Shown: positions 1 through 17,180, counted from the stretch's first letter. The stretch is 64,000 nucleotides of DNA from the human T2T-CHM13v2.0 reference genome, Homo sapiens (GCF_009914755.1 NC_060928.1), one strand, 5' to 3'. A program made the numbers and translations. The notes: generated by a model from the sequence alone, not told the origin.

Positions 1-174
1 CTTCACCTTCCACCATGAGGTAAATCTCCCTGAGGCCTCCTCAGAAGCTGAGCAGATGCCGTCACCATGCTTCCTATTCAGCCAGAAGATCAGTTAGCCA
101 AGTAAACCTCTTTCCTCTATAAATCACCCAGTCTCAGATATTTCTTTATGGCAATGAAAGAACAACCTAACACA
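1..174 (+). mobile_element. MaLR LTR 3' part (MSTB-like)
   Basis: cctgaggcctcctcagaagctgagcagatgcc...aaacctctttcctctataaatcacccagtctcagatatttctttatggcaatgaaagaacaacctaacaca resembles the MST LTR 3' end; the element runs off the window start. Confidence 0.85.
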
Positions 175-478
175 GCCTAGAAAGGAAAAGCCTGGCTGCA
201 TTAATGGAGATTCTCCACAGCTGCAAAATTATTTTACAAAAGACAGCTTTGCAGGGCCATTTCAAAATATTTCAAAGAAATATATTTTGGGCTAACATAT
301 TTTGATTTCCTTTAAAAATCAGCTATCTGTCATGTGATGCTATGCAGGGTCACGTTGGAATTTGGTATCTTATTGCCACAAAGTCTTTTGTGTGAGTCTT
401 ATGAGCTCTGGAGTCCCATTGGCAGAGAAGGGCTCTGTTCAGTTGGCTGGGGGCCTAGGATCTTATATTTGTTTGGCA
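175..478 (-). mobile_element. ERV1 MER4-group LTR fragment
   Basis: ctttgcagggccatttcaaaata..aaagaaatatattttgg and ttggaatttggtatcttattg; the end ttcagttggctgggggcctaggatcttatatttgtttggca is the reverse complement of a MER4-type LTR start. Confidence 0.7.
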
Positions 479-479
479 A

Positions 480-2190
480 GTCTGACATATAGTGAACATG
501 TCATCTCACTGCCTTCCAGACACCATAGATTCTGATGAAAAAATCAGCTACTAATCTTTTTTATATTTCCTGGTATGTGATGAGTTATTTTCCTCTTTCT
601 CCTTTTAAACTTTTCTCTTTGGTTTGGCTTTCAACAGTTTGACTATGGTGTGAATCTCTTTGAGTGCATACTTCTAAATTAGTTCAGCTTCTTTGATACG
701 TAATCTTTTTCAACTTATTTGGGAAGTTTTTGGCTACTATATTTGCAAATAGTTTTTCCATCTCTTTATCTTCTGTTCTTATGGGACCCCCATTACCTGT
801 TTGTGAGTATGCTTCTTTGTGTTCCACGTGTCTTTGAAGCTCTGTTCATTTTATCCTCATTCATTCTTCTTGTGATTCCTGAATGGATAAACGCTATTGA
901 TTTATTTTCAAGTTCCCTGATTCTTTCCTCTTTTAGCTTAAATCTGGTTTTGATACCATCTAATGAATTTTTCACAGTACTTTTTTACTTTTCAAATCCA
1001 GAATTGTTTTATGTTTTATTTATATGATTTTGTTGATTATTTAGTGAGTCATAATTGTCATACTTTCCTTTACTTCTTTAAAGATACTAGCATTTAGTAC
1101 TTTGAAGATATTTTAATAAATGATTTAAATTTTTTCTCTAAAGTCCAACATCTGGCCTCCATAAGGAAATAATTTCATTGGCTGCATCTTTTTTGTGTAT
1201 GGTCCATACTTTTTTGTTTGTTTGTATGTCTTATATATTTTTGTTGTTGAAAACTAGATATTTTAAATAATATATTTTAGCCATGCTGGAATCAAAATCT
1301 GCCCCCTCCAGAGATTTTTTTTTGTTTCTTTTGCTCCTGTGTATCTGTTTATTTGTTTAGCAGCCTTTCTTGGGTAACTCTTCAGATTCTGTATTTCTTG
1401 TAGCATACAACTAGTGAGTTCTCTGATCACATCTATTCATTTTCTTTTTCTTTCAACTTTTGAAAAAAAGTCACTTTATATAAGTATCCCCTGTGTCACC
1501 ATAGTTCAGTGCTTAGCCAGTTATCAATTGTTAAAGGCCTCAAGTCAGTAAATGTTCTATATCTTGCCTGGGCATACACATAGCTCTCTTTAAGCAAACA
1601 CCTTTCTGGAACTCCAGTATGATTATCTGTTTACCAGGTCTTTCTTTCAAGTTTTAATTAAGCAGGCTATTTTCATTTTTGCCAAATAAAAACACAGTTT
1701 TAGGCAGCTACAATAACTAACAATTTTATTTAATTACTATTGTTTTTGATAGTGCCCCAAGGACATGGCTTTCTCCACAGTGTTGAATTCAGATAGAAAA
1801 AAAATAATGACAACACTCTAGGAATGTGAATTTTCACTGAGCTTCTACTGCACTGATAAAAAAATATTTAGATTGCTCTGGGGATGTGCTTTAATTGAAT
1901 TCCAAAAGAAGTAAGGTTCCTTTGTTGGCTACAATGCTGCTGACTTTTCATGGCTACTGCTTTACTCAGCTGGATATGTGTACAGGGGTGAGGGGAGAAA
2001 GCAGCCCCAGGTGAAAACACCAACCCAGGTTCATAGCTTTTCTGAAATAAATGATTTTCAGTTTCTTATGTTCCTCTTGTTAATTTCAAGAGTTCTGAAT
2101 TTTATATTGTTGCTACTATTTTGGCTGCTTTTATGAAATTCATTTAGCAAGGTCTTCAGTCTGCCATTGCAGAAGTTTTGTTTCCTCCAC
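480..2190 (-). mobile_element. Ancient L1M fragment (ORF1/5' region)
   Basis: T-rich plus strand; ORF 793..975(-) MKNSLDGIKTRFKLKEERIRELENK resembles the L1 ORF1p coiled coil. Boundaries are approximate. Confidence 0.7.
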
Positions 2191-2496
2191 AAAATTTTTT
2201 ATTTATTAAAATAACTACATGAAAATTACATAAGTATTATGTAATATTTCTTATATTAAAACTATTAATTATCCTACATACTAGTACATGCTTATTTAAT
2301 GGTTGAAGAAAGTATCTCTATAGATAGAAGTAAGCAGAAGAGAGGTTCATGTAAACATGAGCTTTTTACTGCAAAAATATACTGACCATTATAAAACTAA
2401 ATATGTAAATAATGATAGACACATATATCTACAATAAATAACACAGAGTATACCTAATAAAAATATAAAGATATATAGACATTTCAAAGTTTTAAA

Positions 2497-2648
2497 TATC
2501 TTTTTCACAAATTAAAAGATGCATGTTTTTCACATTTTAATATCTTCAAAATAGGATGCATGTTAAAGTTCTTTGCAGTCAAAACTTACTTGATGGATTT
2601 TATTATTTCTTCCTAATCATGACATCTTGAATTCTAAGAATTAGAGTA
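2497..2648. mobile_element. MER104/Kanga-like TcMar DNA transposon relic
   Basis: aagatgcatgtttttcacattttaatatcttcaaaataggatgcat...catcttgaattctaagaattagagta resembles MER104. Confidence 0.5.
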
Positions 2649-2794
2649 ATATTACTTTTGACAGTTATCACATGCATATGTGTTCATTTTAGAAAAGTTA
2701 GGGAAAAATAAATATCAAAACAAAACAAAAAGTTCACTGTAGTCCCATCAAGACATTAACTGTTAGCATGTGATATTTCAATATTTCGTTCTCT

Positions 2795-2921
2795 CTCTTA
2801 TACACACATCTATACATATATACATACATACACTTATATTTATTATGTATACTTATATACACATACATACACTTATATTTTTGTATATATATTTATTTAT
2901 ACACATGCACACACAGACACA
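2795..2921. repeat. Degenerate (TA/CA)n low-complexity repeat
   Basis: tatacacacatctatacatatatacatacatacac... lies directly left of the Tigger2 TIR. Confidence 0.8.
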
Positions 2922-5348
2922 CAGTTAACCTTTGAACAACATGGAGCTGAGAGGTACCAAACTCCTGTGTAGTCAAAAATCTAGGTATAACAACATATAA
3001 CTGGGAACTCCCCCAAAACGTAACTACTAATAGGATACTGTTGAGTGGAAGCCTTACTGATAATCTAAACTGATAACCTCAACAAAAACTTTTTTGTGTT
3101 ATATGTATTATATGTTGTATTCTTACAATAAAGCAAGCTAGAGAAAAGAAAATATTATTAAGAAAATCACAAGAAAGGAAAAATGTATTTACTATTCCTT
3201 CAGTGGAACTGGATCATCATAAAGGTCTTCTTCCTCATCATCTTTATGTTGAGTACACTGAGAATAAGAGGAAGAGTAATGGTGGGTCTTGTGTGTTAGG
3301 AGTGGCAGAGGCAGAAGAGGCAGAGGAAGAAGGAGAAGCAGACAAGGCGGGCACAACTGGTGTAACTTTATGAAAATATATCATCATTTCTGACTTCTTT
3401 CCTTTTTCATTTCTCCAAAAATATTTCTATAGAGTACTGATCCTTTTTCCAATATTCATTTTAATCTCAGTGCCCATGTCATAGAAGGGTCTATGTCATA
3501 AAAGAAATCAAATGTAATCCTGAATAATCTAAGCCTTTCTGCCAGATTGTCTAGTGTTGCTGTTGTTTCTGGCACTGCTTCGCTTCTGTCTTCTTCCTCA
3601 TCATCTGGCACTGGTTCAGAACTCATCTTCATCAGGCCCTCTTCTGTTAATTCCTCTGGTGTGGTGTCCGTTAACTCTTGAATCTCTCCAATATCCATAT
3701 CTTGAAACCCTTTACCCCACAACACCTTTTTTTTTTAAATTTTTTTGCCATATCCACAATCTCTTTCATGACTTTCTTGATTAGCTCTGTTGTAAATCCT
3801 GTGAAGCCATGCACAACATCTGGACACAGTTTCCTCCAGCAGGAATTTCTTCTTGAAGGTTTGATGGCTTTCATGACTTTTTCTGTAACAAGAATGGTAT
3901 CTTCAATGGTGTAATCCTTGCAGATTCTCATGATGTTTTCTCTATCAGATTTCTCTTCCATTGACAATTCTTTCTGTAGAGTACCGCGTGTAATGAGCCT
4001 TAAAGGTTCCTATGATTTCCCGATTTCTAAAGGCTGAATTAGAGATGATGTGTTTGGGAGAAAGTAGACACTTTGACACCGTTGGTGTTGAATTCCTGGG
4101 GTTCTTCGTGGACAGGGGCATTGTCCAATATCAGAAGAACTTTACAAGTCAGTCCCTTACTGGCAAGGCAGTTCCTGACTGTAGGGGCAAAAAATGGATG
4201 GATCCAATCCAGAAAAAGAGTTCTCCTTGTACAGGCCTTCTTGTTGTAGAACCGAAGATTGGCAGCTGGTGATTATCTTTTCCCTTCAAGGTTAGAGGGT
4301 TAACAGCTTTATAAATAAGGGCAGTCATCAAAATAAAACCTGACTACATTTGCATGAAACAACAGAAATAGCCTATCTCTTCCTGCCTTAAGTCCTGGTG
4401 CTTGATTCCCTGCATTTTTTTTTTTTTTTTTAGAATAGGGCACTTTCATTTGCACTAAAAACCTATTCAGACCTATATCCTTTCTCCTCAATGATTTTCT
4501 TTATGATGTCTGGGAACTTGTCTGCTGCCTATTGGTCAGCAGAAGCTGCTTCTCTTTTTATCTTGACATTTTAGAAGCCAAACCTCTTTCTAAAATTATC
4601 AAACTGTCTTTTATTGGCACTAAATATTCCATCGTTAGATCCTTCACCTTCCTTCTGCTTTAGGTTATTTTGGGAGAAAAAAAAAAAAACCCAGGGTTTT
4701 CACTCCTGCTGGCATAGCTGCAGCAACAACTTTTACAAATTTCTTTTTATTTTTTTAACTATGGTCCTTACATTAGATTCATTTATTTTGAAATGACAAG
4801 AAAGCACAGCTACAGATACCTGGATTTACGGTACATATCAAGCAATTTAACCTATATTCTGGTATGTCATGACTTTTCTCTGCATCCAGGGAGCACCTCC
4901 AGTATCACTAGTGGCACTTCATATGTGTCCTATGGTGTTCTTCAAGGTTTAAAATATTGAATAAACAAAATGAAAAATATACCAGAACTGCAAGAGATCA
5001 CTTTTTAATGCAAAACACAAGTTACTGGAGAAGCAAGCTATATTTTAAGAGATACTTGCAATACTTAAGCTCACCACAATAGCAACAGGAGGTGGCTACA
5101 AAATTATTACAGTATTACAGTATATAGTAAATGATAAAATAGACTAGTACCTACATATATTTTATCCATTCATGACATATCTAACTTTAAAATTGTTTTC
5201 CTGATATTTCTATGCTATATGTTTCATTCATCTGTGAGGTTTTTTTCAAATTGTCACAAATCTCTAACTTTTTTTTCAATATAATTTTAAAAATACATAT
5301 ATAAGTGGATCCCTGAAGTTCAAACCCCTATTGCTCATAGGTCAATTG
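2922..5348 (-). mobile_element. Tigger2 (pogo/TcMar) DNA transposon, near full length, transposase pseudogene
   Basis: TIRs cagttaacctttgaacaac (2922) and ttgctcataggtcaattg|TA (5348). Minus-strand ORF pieces 3456-4491 (FQDMDIGEIQEL, NSCWRKL, GLKAGRDRLFLLF) plus LLILDNAP near 4110-4140 are pogo-type DDE transposase, frameshifted. Confidence 0.9.
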
Positions 5349-5417
5349 TATATACACGTACACACACAGATATATATATATATATGTGTTTATATATATA
5401 TAATATATATATATATG
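5349..5417. repeat. (TA)n-rich microsatellite
   Basis: tatatacacgtacacacacagatatatatatatata... begins at the TA target site of Tigger2. Confidence 0.85.
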
Positions 5418-5626
5418 TTTACAACCATTTTAGCTGCAGAAACCCAATTATTCTCATGTTCCTTAGACAAATTTTTTAGAAATGACCTGAGATATATGGC
5501 CATTTTGAAGTAAAATACCTATATTTCATTAAAAAATTCAAACAAGAAAGTTTTTACTCAGTTAACATTTGCCAGGTACGTTCCTTCTGGTACTGTATGA
5601 AGTTCACTAATTCTTTAGGGACAATG

Positions 5627-8406
<2,780 letters not shown>

Positions 8407-10219
8407 AACATTGCCAATGCAGGGGCTGTTAGCATCCAATATACAGTTAATAACACATGTAAGGGGAAAATCAAAATTAAGTCCTGGAGTAATTCCCAGT
8501 CTAAATCATTCCAACATTACTTTAATGAGATGTTTGTGTGCCAAAATTAATGTTAAAATATAAATAAGGCCATTTTAGAAAGACGCCCCAGACAAGTTTC
8601 AAGATTCAAGTCACTAAATGAAAGGGTCTCAATCTTTCTAATCTGCATAAGGATAAGCCATATCAGCATCCATTGGGTTAAGGCTTTTAAACATATATTT
8701 TAATATGAAAAGGTTCTTTCTTTTCCTTTTCCCTACTCTTCAGTACTAAATATAGAGACCTTTGTCAGACACATTTTCATAAGTTATGATCAACTCTCAT
8801 GTTGCAAATGCAGGATAAGAGAAACTGTTCTCTTTTGGTCTGATGTTAGATGCCTGCCAATGAAGAGTCCCCTAAGTTTCCTCTGCTGTGAATAACATAT
8901 AAGAAGGTGTCAAAAGCAGTGAAAATTTTCTAATGGAGTCTTCCAGACAATCACAATGGTGATTATTTACATCGCAAAAAAAATGTGTGCTGTTTCTTGA
9001 GATCGAATAAGCAGAATAGATTTATTTTTGCAATTACCTACAATTTGATAAACACAGATAAATATTGCTTAGAAAACACATTAATATTCTTAATCTAATC
9101 TTCATTCTTCTATAAATACATCTAATAATGCCTTGTATTGCATACTCTTCTGAAATAAAATGTCTGTCTCTTAATTAGGATGTGTATAATGGCAGCTCTG
9201 AAGACATTATCGTAACATAGAACATTACAGAAGGATTTGAAATATAATGTAGACTGTATATATTTCATAAACAATGCATATTCATATATATAAAATTTAA
9301 TGTGTTTATTGATAAAAAAGAAATATATCTAGGAAGAGGAAATTTATTTTAGAGATTATTTTATTCACTCACAATAGAAGGTGACAAATAACTTTTTCAC
9401 ATAATTTTTGCAAAATGTGCTGTATTACAAGCACCTTTGAGAGGAGCATTGAATGCATATTACATTTTATATACATTGTAAAATCCACCTCTCATCATTA
9501 AAAGCCAAAACTTTTCAAAGTAGTTATTGAAGACCAAAACTATTTCCTGTGGAACAAACAAAGCATTAAATTAAATTAAGTTCCTTTTTTAATGCCATAT
9601 TGGAAACTTTGGCAAAAATATAAAGGATCAAATTTAAGACAGTACAAATGTTACTTAAAAGGTAAGAGCAAGCACCTCTAAACAGTAAAATTTGTTTCCT
9701 GAATATGAATTTAGACCATGTTAGATACGAGTGAGAATAGTCTGTGAGAGATTTGCACTCTTACTAGATCAGATATTTTGCACATGCTGTTGTAGTGGGC
9801 GTCTAGTCCAAGAAACTCGCTGAAGGACGCGTTAAAATTTTTCATGAGAATTGTAGCCTATCTCCCTTAAGTACATGTAAGACTGAGAATAAGAAGTTTT
9901 CACAAGGGTGTGCTGAGGGAGCACAGAGTTGAGGAGTGAAGATACAGGGGAGCATTGACTTGAGATTAAGTATTTCTTTCTTTAGTTAAAAAATTTGCAT
10001 GCTAACTCTTAAAATTTGTTTGAATACAAGTGAGATTACTTGGTTCTCCCTGCAATTTCTAGTAACTCTCTTTAGAATAAGTTAACTCCAAAAGGCTAAA
10101 AATGGTGATAAAAGAAACAAGAGTACTTCATTCTGTAATCAAACATCCATGACTTTTAAGCTCATCTCACCCCTTTCACTTGTATTTATTCTTTATTTCT
10201 GGCTCTTTACCTTTCAGGT

Positions 10220-10345
10220 AAATAGTAGGGTTGCACTTATATATCTCTTTTAAATTTGGACATGCACTGGTGACTTGTTTTGGCCAAGGACATATAAGAT
10301 GAATTGGCATGGGTCACTTTCACATGGAAATTTTAAGAGCCAGTA
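10220..10345. mobile_element. Old MaLR LTR fragment (MLT1I/J-like)
   Basis: ggttgcactt...ggtgacttgttttggccaagg...gggtcacttt..ggaaattttaagagccag. Confidence 0.6.
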
Positions 10346-10349
10346 AGTG

Positions 10350-10351
<2 letters not shown>

Positions 10352-10378
<27 letters not shown>
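10352..10378. repeat. (TG)n microsatellite
   Basis: About 13 perfect TG units. Confidence 0.97.
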
Positions 10379-10380
<2 letters not shown>

Positions 10381-10383
10381 CTT

Positions 10384-10467
10384 CAATGAACTGAAGTAAC
10401 TTGCTGCAAACACATGAGAGTAACATGCTGCTGTCATATGTTTGCAGAATGTTACTTCAGTTCATTG
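10384..10467. repeat. 84-bp imperfect palindrome (inverted repeat without spacer)
   Basis: Arms 10384-10425 and 10426-10467 centred on ca|tg; 36 of 42 positions are Watson-Crick complementary, and the outer 17 bp are perfect (caatgaactgaagtaac / gttacttcagttcattg). Confidence 0.95.
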
Positions 10468-10549
10468 TGCAAATTTATTTTAGTTCATACAATTCTCTTT
10501 TCTATATCTCTTCACTCTTAGTCTCACAAGCGTCACTGTGATGTGGCAG

Positions 10550-10595
10550 GACATGGTAGAGTGGGGTAAATTGACATGGTAGTGTGGGGTAAATT
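10550..10595. repeat. 23-bp tandem duplication
   Basis: gacatggtagagtggggtaaatt followed by gacatggtagtgtggggtaaatt (1 mismatch). Confidence 0.93.
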
Positions 10596-12339
10596 CCAGG
10601 AGCTGAGACCTTCTCTGCCTTTCTTCTTTGGGGTCTTACGATCTCTCCACTGTTCTTTCTAGAGGACAAGAAAAGGTCTCACAAATCAGTCAGGGATCGA
10701 GACACACACCGTCTAGTCTCAGAGCAAGAAATAAGACATAGGAATACTATTTCCCAGAAACAATTTTTCCCCTATGCTTTCTGTTCCGACATAATTTTAT
10801 GAAACAAATATTAATGGTCAAAGATCATAAATGCATGAATGAGGGTTAGTATCAAAAAAGGGGAAAGAAATAGCAGGGTGAAGAAAATAAGCGTGAGTAA
10901 ATATATTAAATGTATTATAGAGATATCAATGGGCACAAAGTAATGGCTTCAGCTAAGCTTTCAGCTACCTCTCTGATCCTCTGTTCTCTGTCTCCATTTT
11001 CGGGTATTTCTCCTTCCTTCCACTGCAGATACAGAAGTTTTGTAGGATCTCTTTTTACTACATATTCTTATTTCAATGTGCTCATTTTAAAATATTTTAT
11101 TTTGAAGTAAATTTATACTCAAGAGGCCACAAATTCTCATGTGTTCTTCACTCTGATTTCCTCAATGATAACATTTTATATATGTTCATTTTTGACTACT
11201 GCATCTTGTTTCATTATTTTACATATTACCCTTAGGCAGACCCAAGTAGAGTCCTGCCACATTTGGACTTTTTAATGATAATTTTTGAAGTCTGAAGTCA
11301 GATTTTGTTTTGACTATAGTCACTGCTTCTACAGTGTCACCAGTTACCTGAGATATACTACTAGAATGGACAGTGAAGCAGTCTCTTGACTGATTGTTTC
11401 TCATCCTCATATCATCCTTAACCTTCTCAAATTCTATTAATTTTACATTTTTTTTTACCAGTGACAAATTCATCTTCCCAAAACATACCTCTACTCTTAT
11501 CATTTTCTTGCTTGAACCAGGTAGCCATACAACACTTCTTAATTTATTTCCTTTTCTTTTCTTTACAATTTCACAACTAATGCTATAAAGGCACACTTAA
11601 TTGCAAACAGCTGGGGAAACCATCCTTCTTGTCTATTCATATATTTACATGGAAGAACATTGATTAGGACAACACCCATGTCTTCTCTCAACTTTCTGAA
11701 CCACTTTTCTCCAAGAGAGCAGGAGAAACTTCTCATTTGTAATCTCAGGAGGAATGATTATACATGTTTGACATAGCCCCGTTTTGCTTTGTTTGTGGAA
11801 GCTAGCTTTCTACGGGAAGCGCTCATTTGTGTTTAACATCATATATTTAACAGATTTGAAAATATTCTTTCTCTATATTTCATTCTAAAATTTTTTCTCT
11901 CTGAAGTGATTCATACAAATATTAACTGGGTGTATGGAGTTCCAGGATCAAGTTATTTTGTTGAGACAATTAAATTAAAACGGTATGTTTTCATTTAATC
12001 TACTTACTCTACAAGCTTCTTCCTACTGATTTTTGACTTCTGTGACTAATAGAATAAAACATACAGGAAATTACAGTTCTCTTCCTATGCCTTTAAATCA
12101 CTTTAAATTGCTTTAAATTGGGAGTGTATGGAACTCACAGGTTTTTCCTACATATTGTTGGAAGCCTTTCTGAAAAATACCATTTATAGTAAGAAAGACT
12201 GTCGCTGATGTGTACTAACGTGCTCAATTGTATGCAAGTGTGGAACTTTGGAATAGAAGTGGGTAACTGACAAGAGAACGGGTCCTGCCAGAGAAAAAAG
12301 AATAATGAGTATGATAAGAAAGGACAAGAAAATGTACAT

Positions 12340-13640
<1,301 letters not shown>

Positions 13641-16600
13641 AATGTGTGCTAGTGAAAAAAAATATATCATCTATTTTGTACCTGTGAGAGCAAGTTCCTT
13701 TGGTCATGGATCCCAACTATTTTTGTAGTGCCAGAATAGACACTGTGGGCAATAGGAGACCTTGTCCAGTCAAGTCCTCTTTATATTTCTGAAACTCTTA
13801 CTTTGCTGTCCTATTATTATGCATTTAATCTTGGAGGAAGTGTAGGAGGGTGAGTATGGGTGAGTTGGTATGTATAGAACGTTCCTGTCATTTGACAGTC
13901 ATAAGGATCAGTATTTAGGCTTATTTCCATTGAGGTTTGATTTTTATGTATTTACTTCTTTTGTCTCAGTACTCTTAATGTGGAACTAAGCATTGGGATG
14001 TAATAATAGGGAGTCTTATTACACAGAGCTTCTTCCTAAGCTGCATTCTTGGTCTTTGAATTTATTTTGCATATTAAGTTTTTCTAACAGCTTGTGGGCA
14101 ATGGAAAACACTTTTGAGGGACCCAGAGTTACTCAGCTTCTCCTCTTGAAGATCTTCTAAAACATTTTCATTCTCATTGAATTAAAAGTGCTTTTCAACT
14201 GTATTCTAAGGGTTTTTCTGGAGGATTAATACACATATATTATCAATGAACTCTATGGTCAATGTACATGAATGCATTTCGGAGCTGAATTTCCAGAAAC
14301 AGTTTTCTAAGTAATCTTATAAACTACATTTTATTGCAATGGCTTCTGTTTCTTAGACTTTCTCATAAAGAGAAAATAATTTGAAATTTATCATGCAGAA
14401 ATTGTATTACAGTAGTCTTAGGACACATAAAATGAGACAGTATAAGACATATAAAGGATTGCTATAGTTAGGATTTAAAATGCATGAACTATAAATCTTT
14501 TCATGCTCAAATTTGAGGCTACTTCCATGATAGATGCTCAATAAATATTGGTTGAGCATTGATTTCCCCTTCTGAGTCATTCTTCCTGTTCTATAAAACA
14601 TATGCCATGTTTTCCATACTGTAGACTTTCCAGCCTGTCTCTACCCATGGACGTTTGCTGGTATAATTGTCTGTTTTCATTGTGTATTTGCTCACTCTTT
14701 CAGTACAAAATGATATCAATGCTTAAAACAAAAGTATTGGCTTCTGATGTACCTATTTTTAATCTGTTTCATTAAACAAAAGCCATACTGACTATTCTCT
14801 TGGGTTCATGGTGAGACTGCTGGGAGACAACCACCTTATGATTCCTAGAAGCTCTATTGTTTAATAACATTCTATTCATCAGTAGTGAGTCAATAAGATC
14901 AGTTCTTATTCTAGGAAAGAGGACTAAAACTTCAATTATGTACAAGTGAAGGGCCAAAGAATTTGCAAATATATTTAGAATGTCCATGCCATGAAAATTT
15001 AATTTTGTTTTCAATTTTTTTTGCAGACTTAATTCAGATTGTAGATAAGTTAGAATATCTAAGTTAGCTTGATTAAAAAGTAAGTAAAATATTACATTAT
15101 TTATTTTGAAAATTTAGAAAATTGAGTGAAGTGTGTCCCAGTTTCTTATCAATCTTTCATCTTGGGATGTTAGGACACCAATGTATTGGAGATGAAATGA
15201 GAAACTATATCTGGAAGAGTTATATAACTAGGAACATTTTATAAAATTATAGTATAGAACTACCATCAGCATCAGGAAGAATCTTCCTTAATTGGTTGTA
15301 ATCCCATACTAAATTGACTATGCTATAATAAACTGCTTTTCCTTGAAAGACAGGAATAATCATTTTTTAAAATATATTTTAAGGCTATTGTAATGAGAAG
15401 TTTTGCTTTCCTATGAATTTTATTTTATTCTTTCTGTGTCCTAATTTTTCTTAACCTGAAGTGCAAGACATGAATGTCATCTAGCACTATCTGCATTTAA
15501 ATTGTGACCATTTTATTAATTATAGCTTTTGGTAAAATCACAATATAATAACATTATGAAATCTTTCACTTCTTTGTATAGTACCAGCTTTTCTTAATGC
15601 CAATTAATGTATTTAATCATGTAAATTTATTTAAAAATAACTAAATTTGTACATGACTGTCACATTATGAACTCCAAATATAATTTCACTGAAATTATTT
15701 TTCACTCTAATATTTGAATTTCATGGAAATTACATGGTCATTACCTTCATCTCCTGGCCAATAATCTCTAGCAAATAAAAATGTTAATAAATGTGTTCAT
15801 GTAGATTTTAGCTATATAGTTACTTTTGTGCTGAGGTGTAAAATATCTGGGTAATGAAAATATTTTTGTTTGTTTGTTTAACCAAAGGGCACAAAGATAA
15901 GTTAGTCAATTCTATAGCTGATAGTGAAGACATCTTTATAACAAAAGTTTCTTAAGTTAATCGCTTAGCATACTCAAACAACTTTAGCCATTTTCCACTT
16001 TCCTTCACACTCATTCTACCATTTCCAGTGATCATTTTGCTTTTGATCAATGTCCAGTAGTCCGAAACCTTTCCAGTAATGCTTATTCAAGTGTGTTTCA
16101 CATTAATGATCTTGGTCTGCTAGAAAACCAATTACACATTCTTACATTTAATCTCGGCTCTGTAATGGATAGTGTTTTCCTTAAAGATGTGCCAGCGGTG
16201 GATTGTCGCAAGCACAGCAGCACACAAAGCTGTGATTGCTTTAAGAAAAATGGTCCAAGCAAGACGTTACATAAAAACTCTGGAAATCAATCAAAGTAGT
16301 GAAGTAATTTGTCATTATTTTCTTAGCTTTAAAAAAGTGTATTTACTTTTGCTCTAAAATCTCAAAGACAGACTGTGTATGTTATCTAAGGAGAGTAAGT
16401 TAAAAAATATATATTCCATGTGTTTTTGGAAAAAATCAGGCAAGATTATGAGACAAAAATCAATCTTCATTTTTAATTAAATGTCTAATATATGCATAAG
16501 ACTGCATCATGACATAAATAACACTATTTGAATTATGTGGAGAAGAGAATATTTATAGACCTTAAGTAATTATAATTATTTTGAAAAGATACGTAGACAT

Positions 16601-16784
16601 TAATGGCTACCTCCGTGAGAAAGCAGTTAGAAATCTGGAAGAAAAGAATGATTTACTTTCCTTTTCATACCTTATTGTTCTTACATATGCTTATTTTACT
16701 TTATCATTTAAAACCCTATTTAACCAAATAACAAATATTGAATCCCAAACCAGTTGATCTTTATTGTGTTAATACATAGGAAAT

Positions 16785-17180
16785 CATTAAAAGAAAAACT
16801 TTAGATGAATTAAATTTAAGAGTTTAATTGAGCAAAGAACAATTTGTCAATCAGGCAGTCCTCAGAACCGGAAGAGGTTCAGAGAATTCTGCTCCACAAC
16901 ATGGGCTGGCAGCATTCATGAACAGAAAACAAAACATGAGGTAGAGAAACAATTTGGTTAGTTACAGCTCCACGTTTGCCTAATTTGAACATGGTCTGAT
17001 CAGTTGGCCACCTGTGCTTGACCTAAGCTTAACTACTGTGATTGGCTGAGGCTCAGCTATTTGTTACAAAAGTGTAGTCCTAAAGTACGCTTTCAGTTAG
17101 TTTATGTACTAAGTTAGGTTGCAGTTTTTACATAAGAACTCACAATATGAAGGCATCCTCAGGCCAAATTTAGTTTAACA
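16785..17180 (-). mobile_element. MER57-family solo LTR (ERV1)
   Basis: ttaaaagaaaaactttaga..aattaaatttaagagtttaattgagcaaagaac...caggccaaatttagtttaaca; degenerate 4-bp TSD aaat/gaat. Confidence 0.8.

Noticed and set aside
719-1027. Hydrophobic 102-aa ORF resembling a membrane protein (also 25053, 30717, 39996)
   Set aside because: T-rich or antisense L1 sequence naturally yields F/L/I/V-rich frames.
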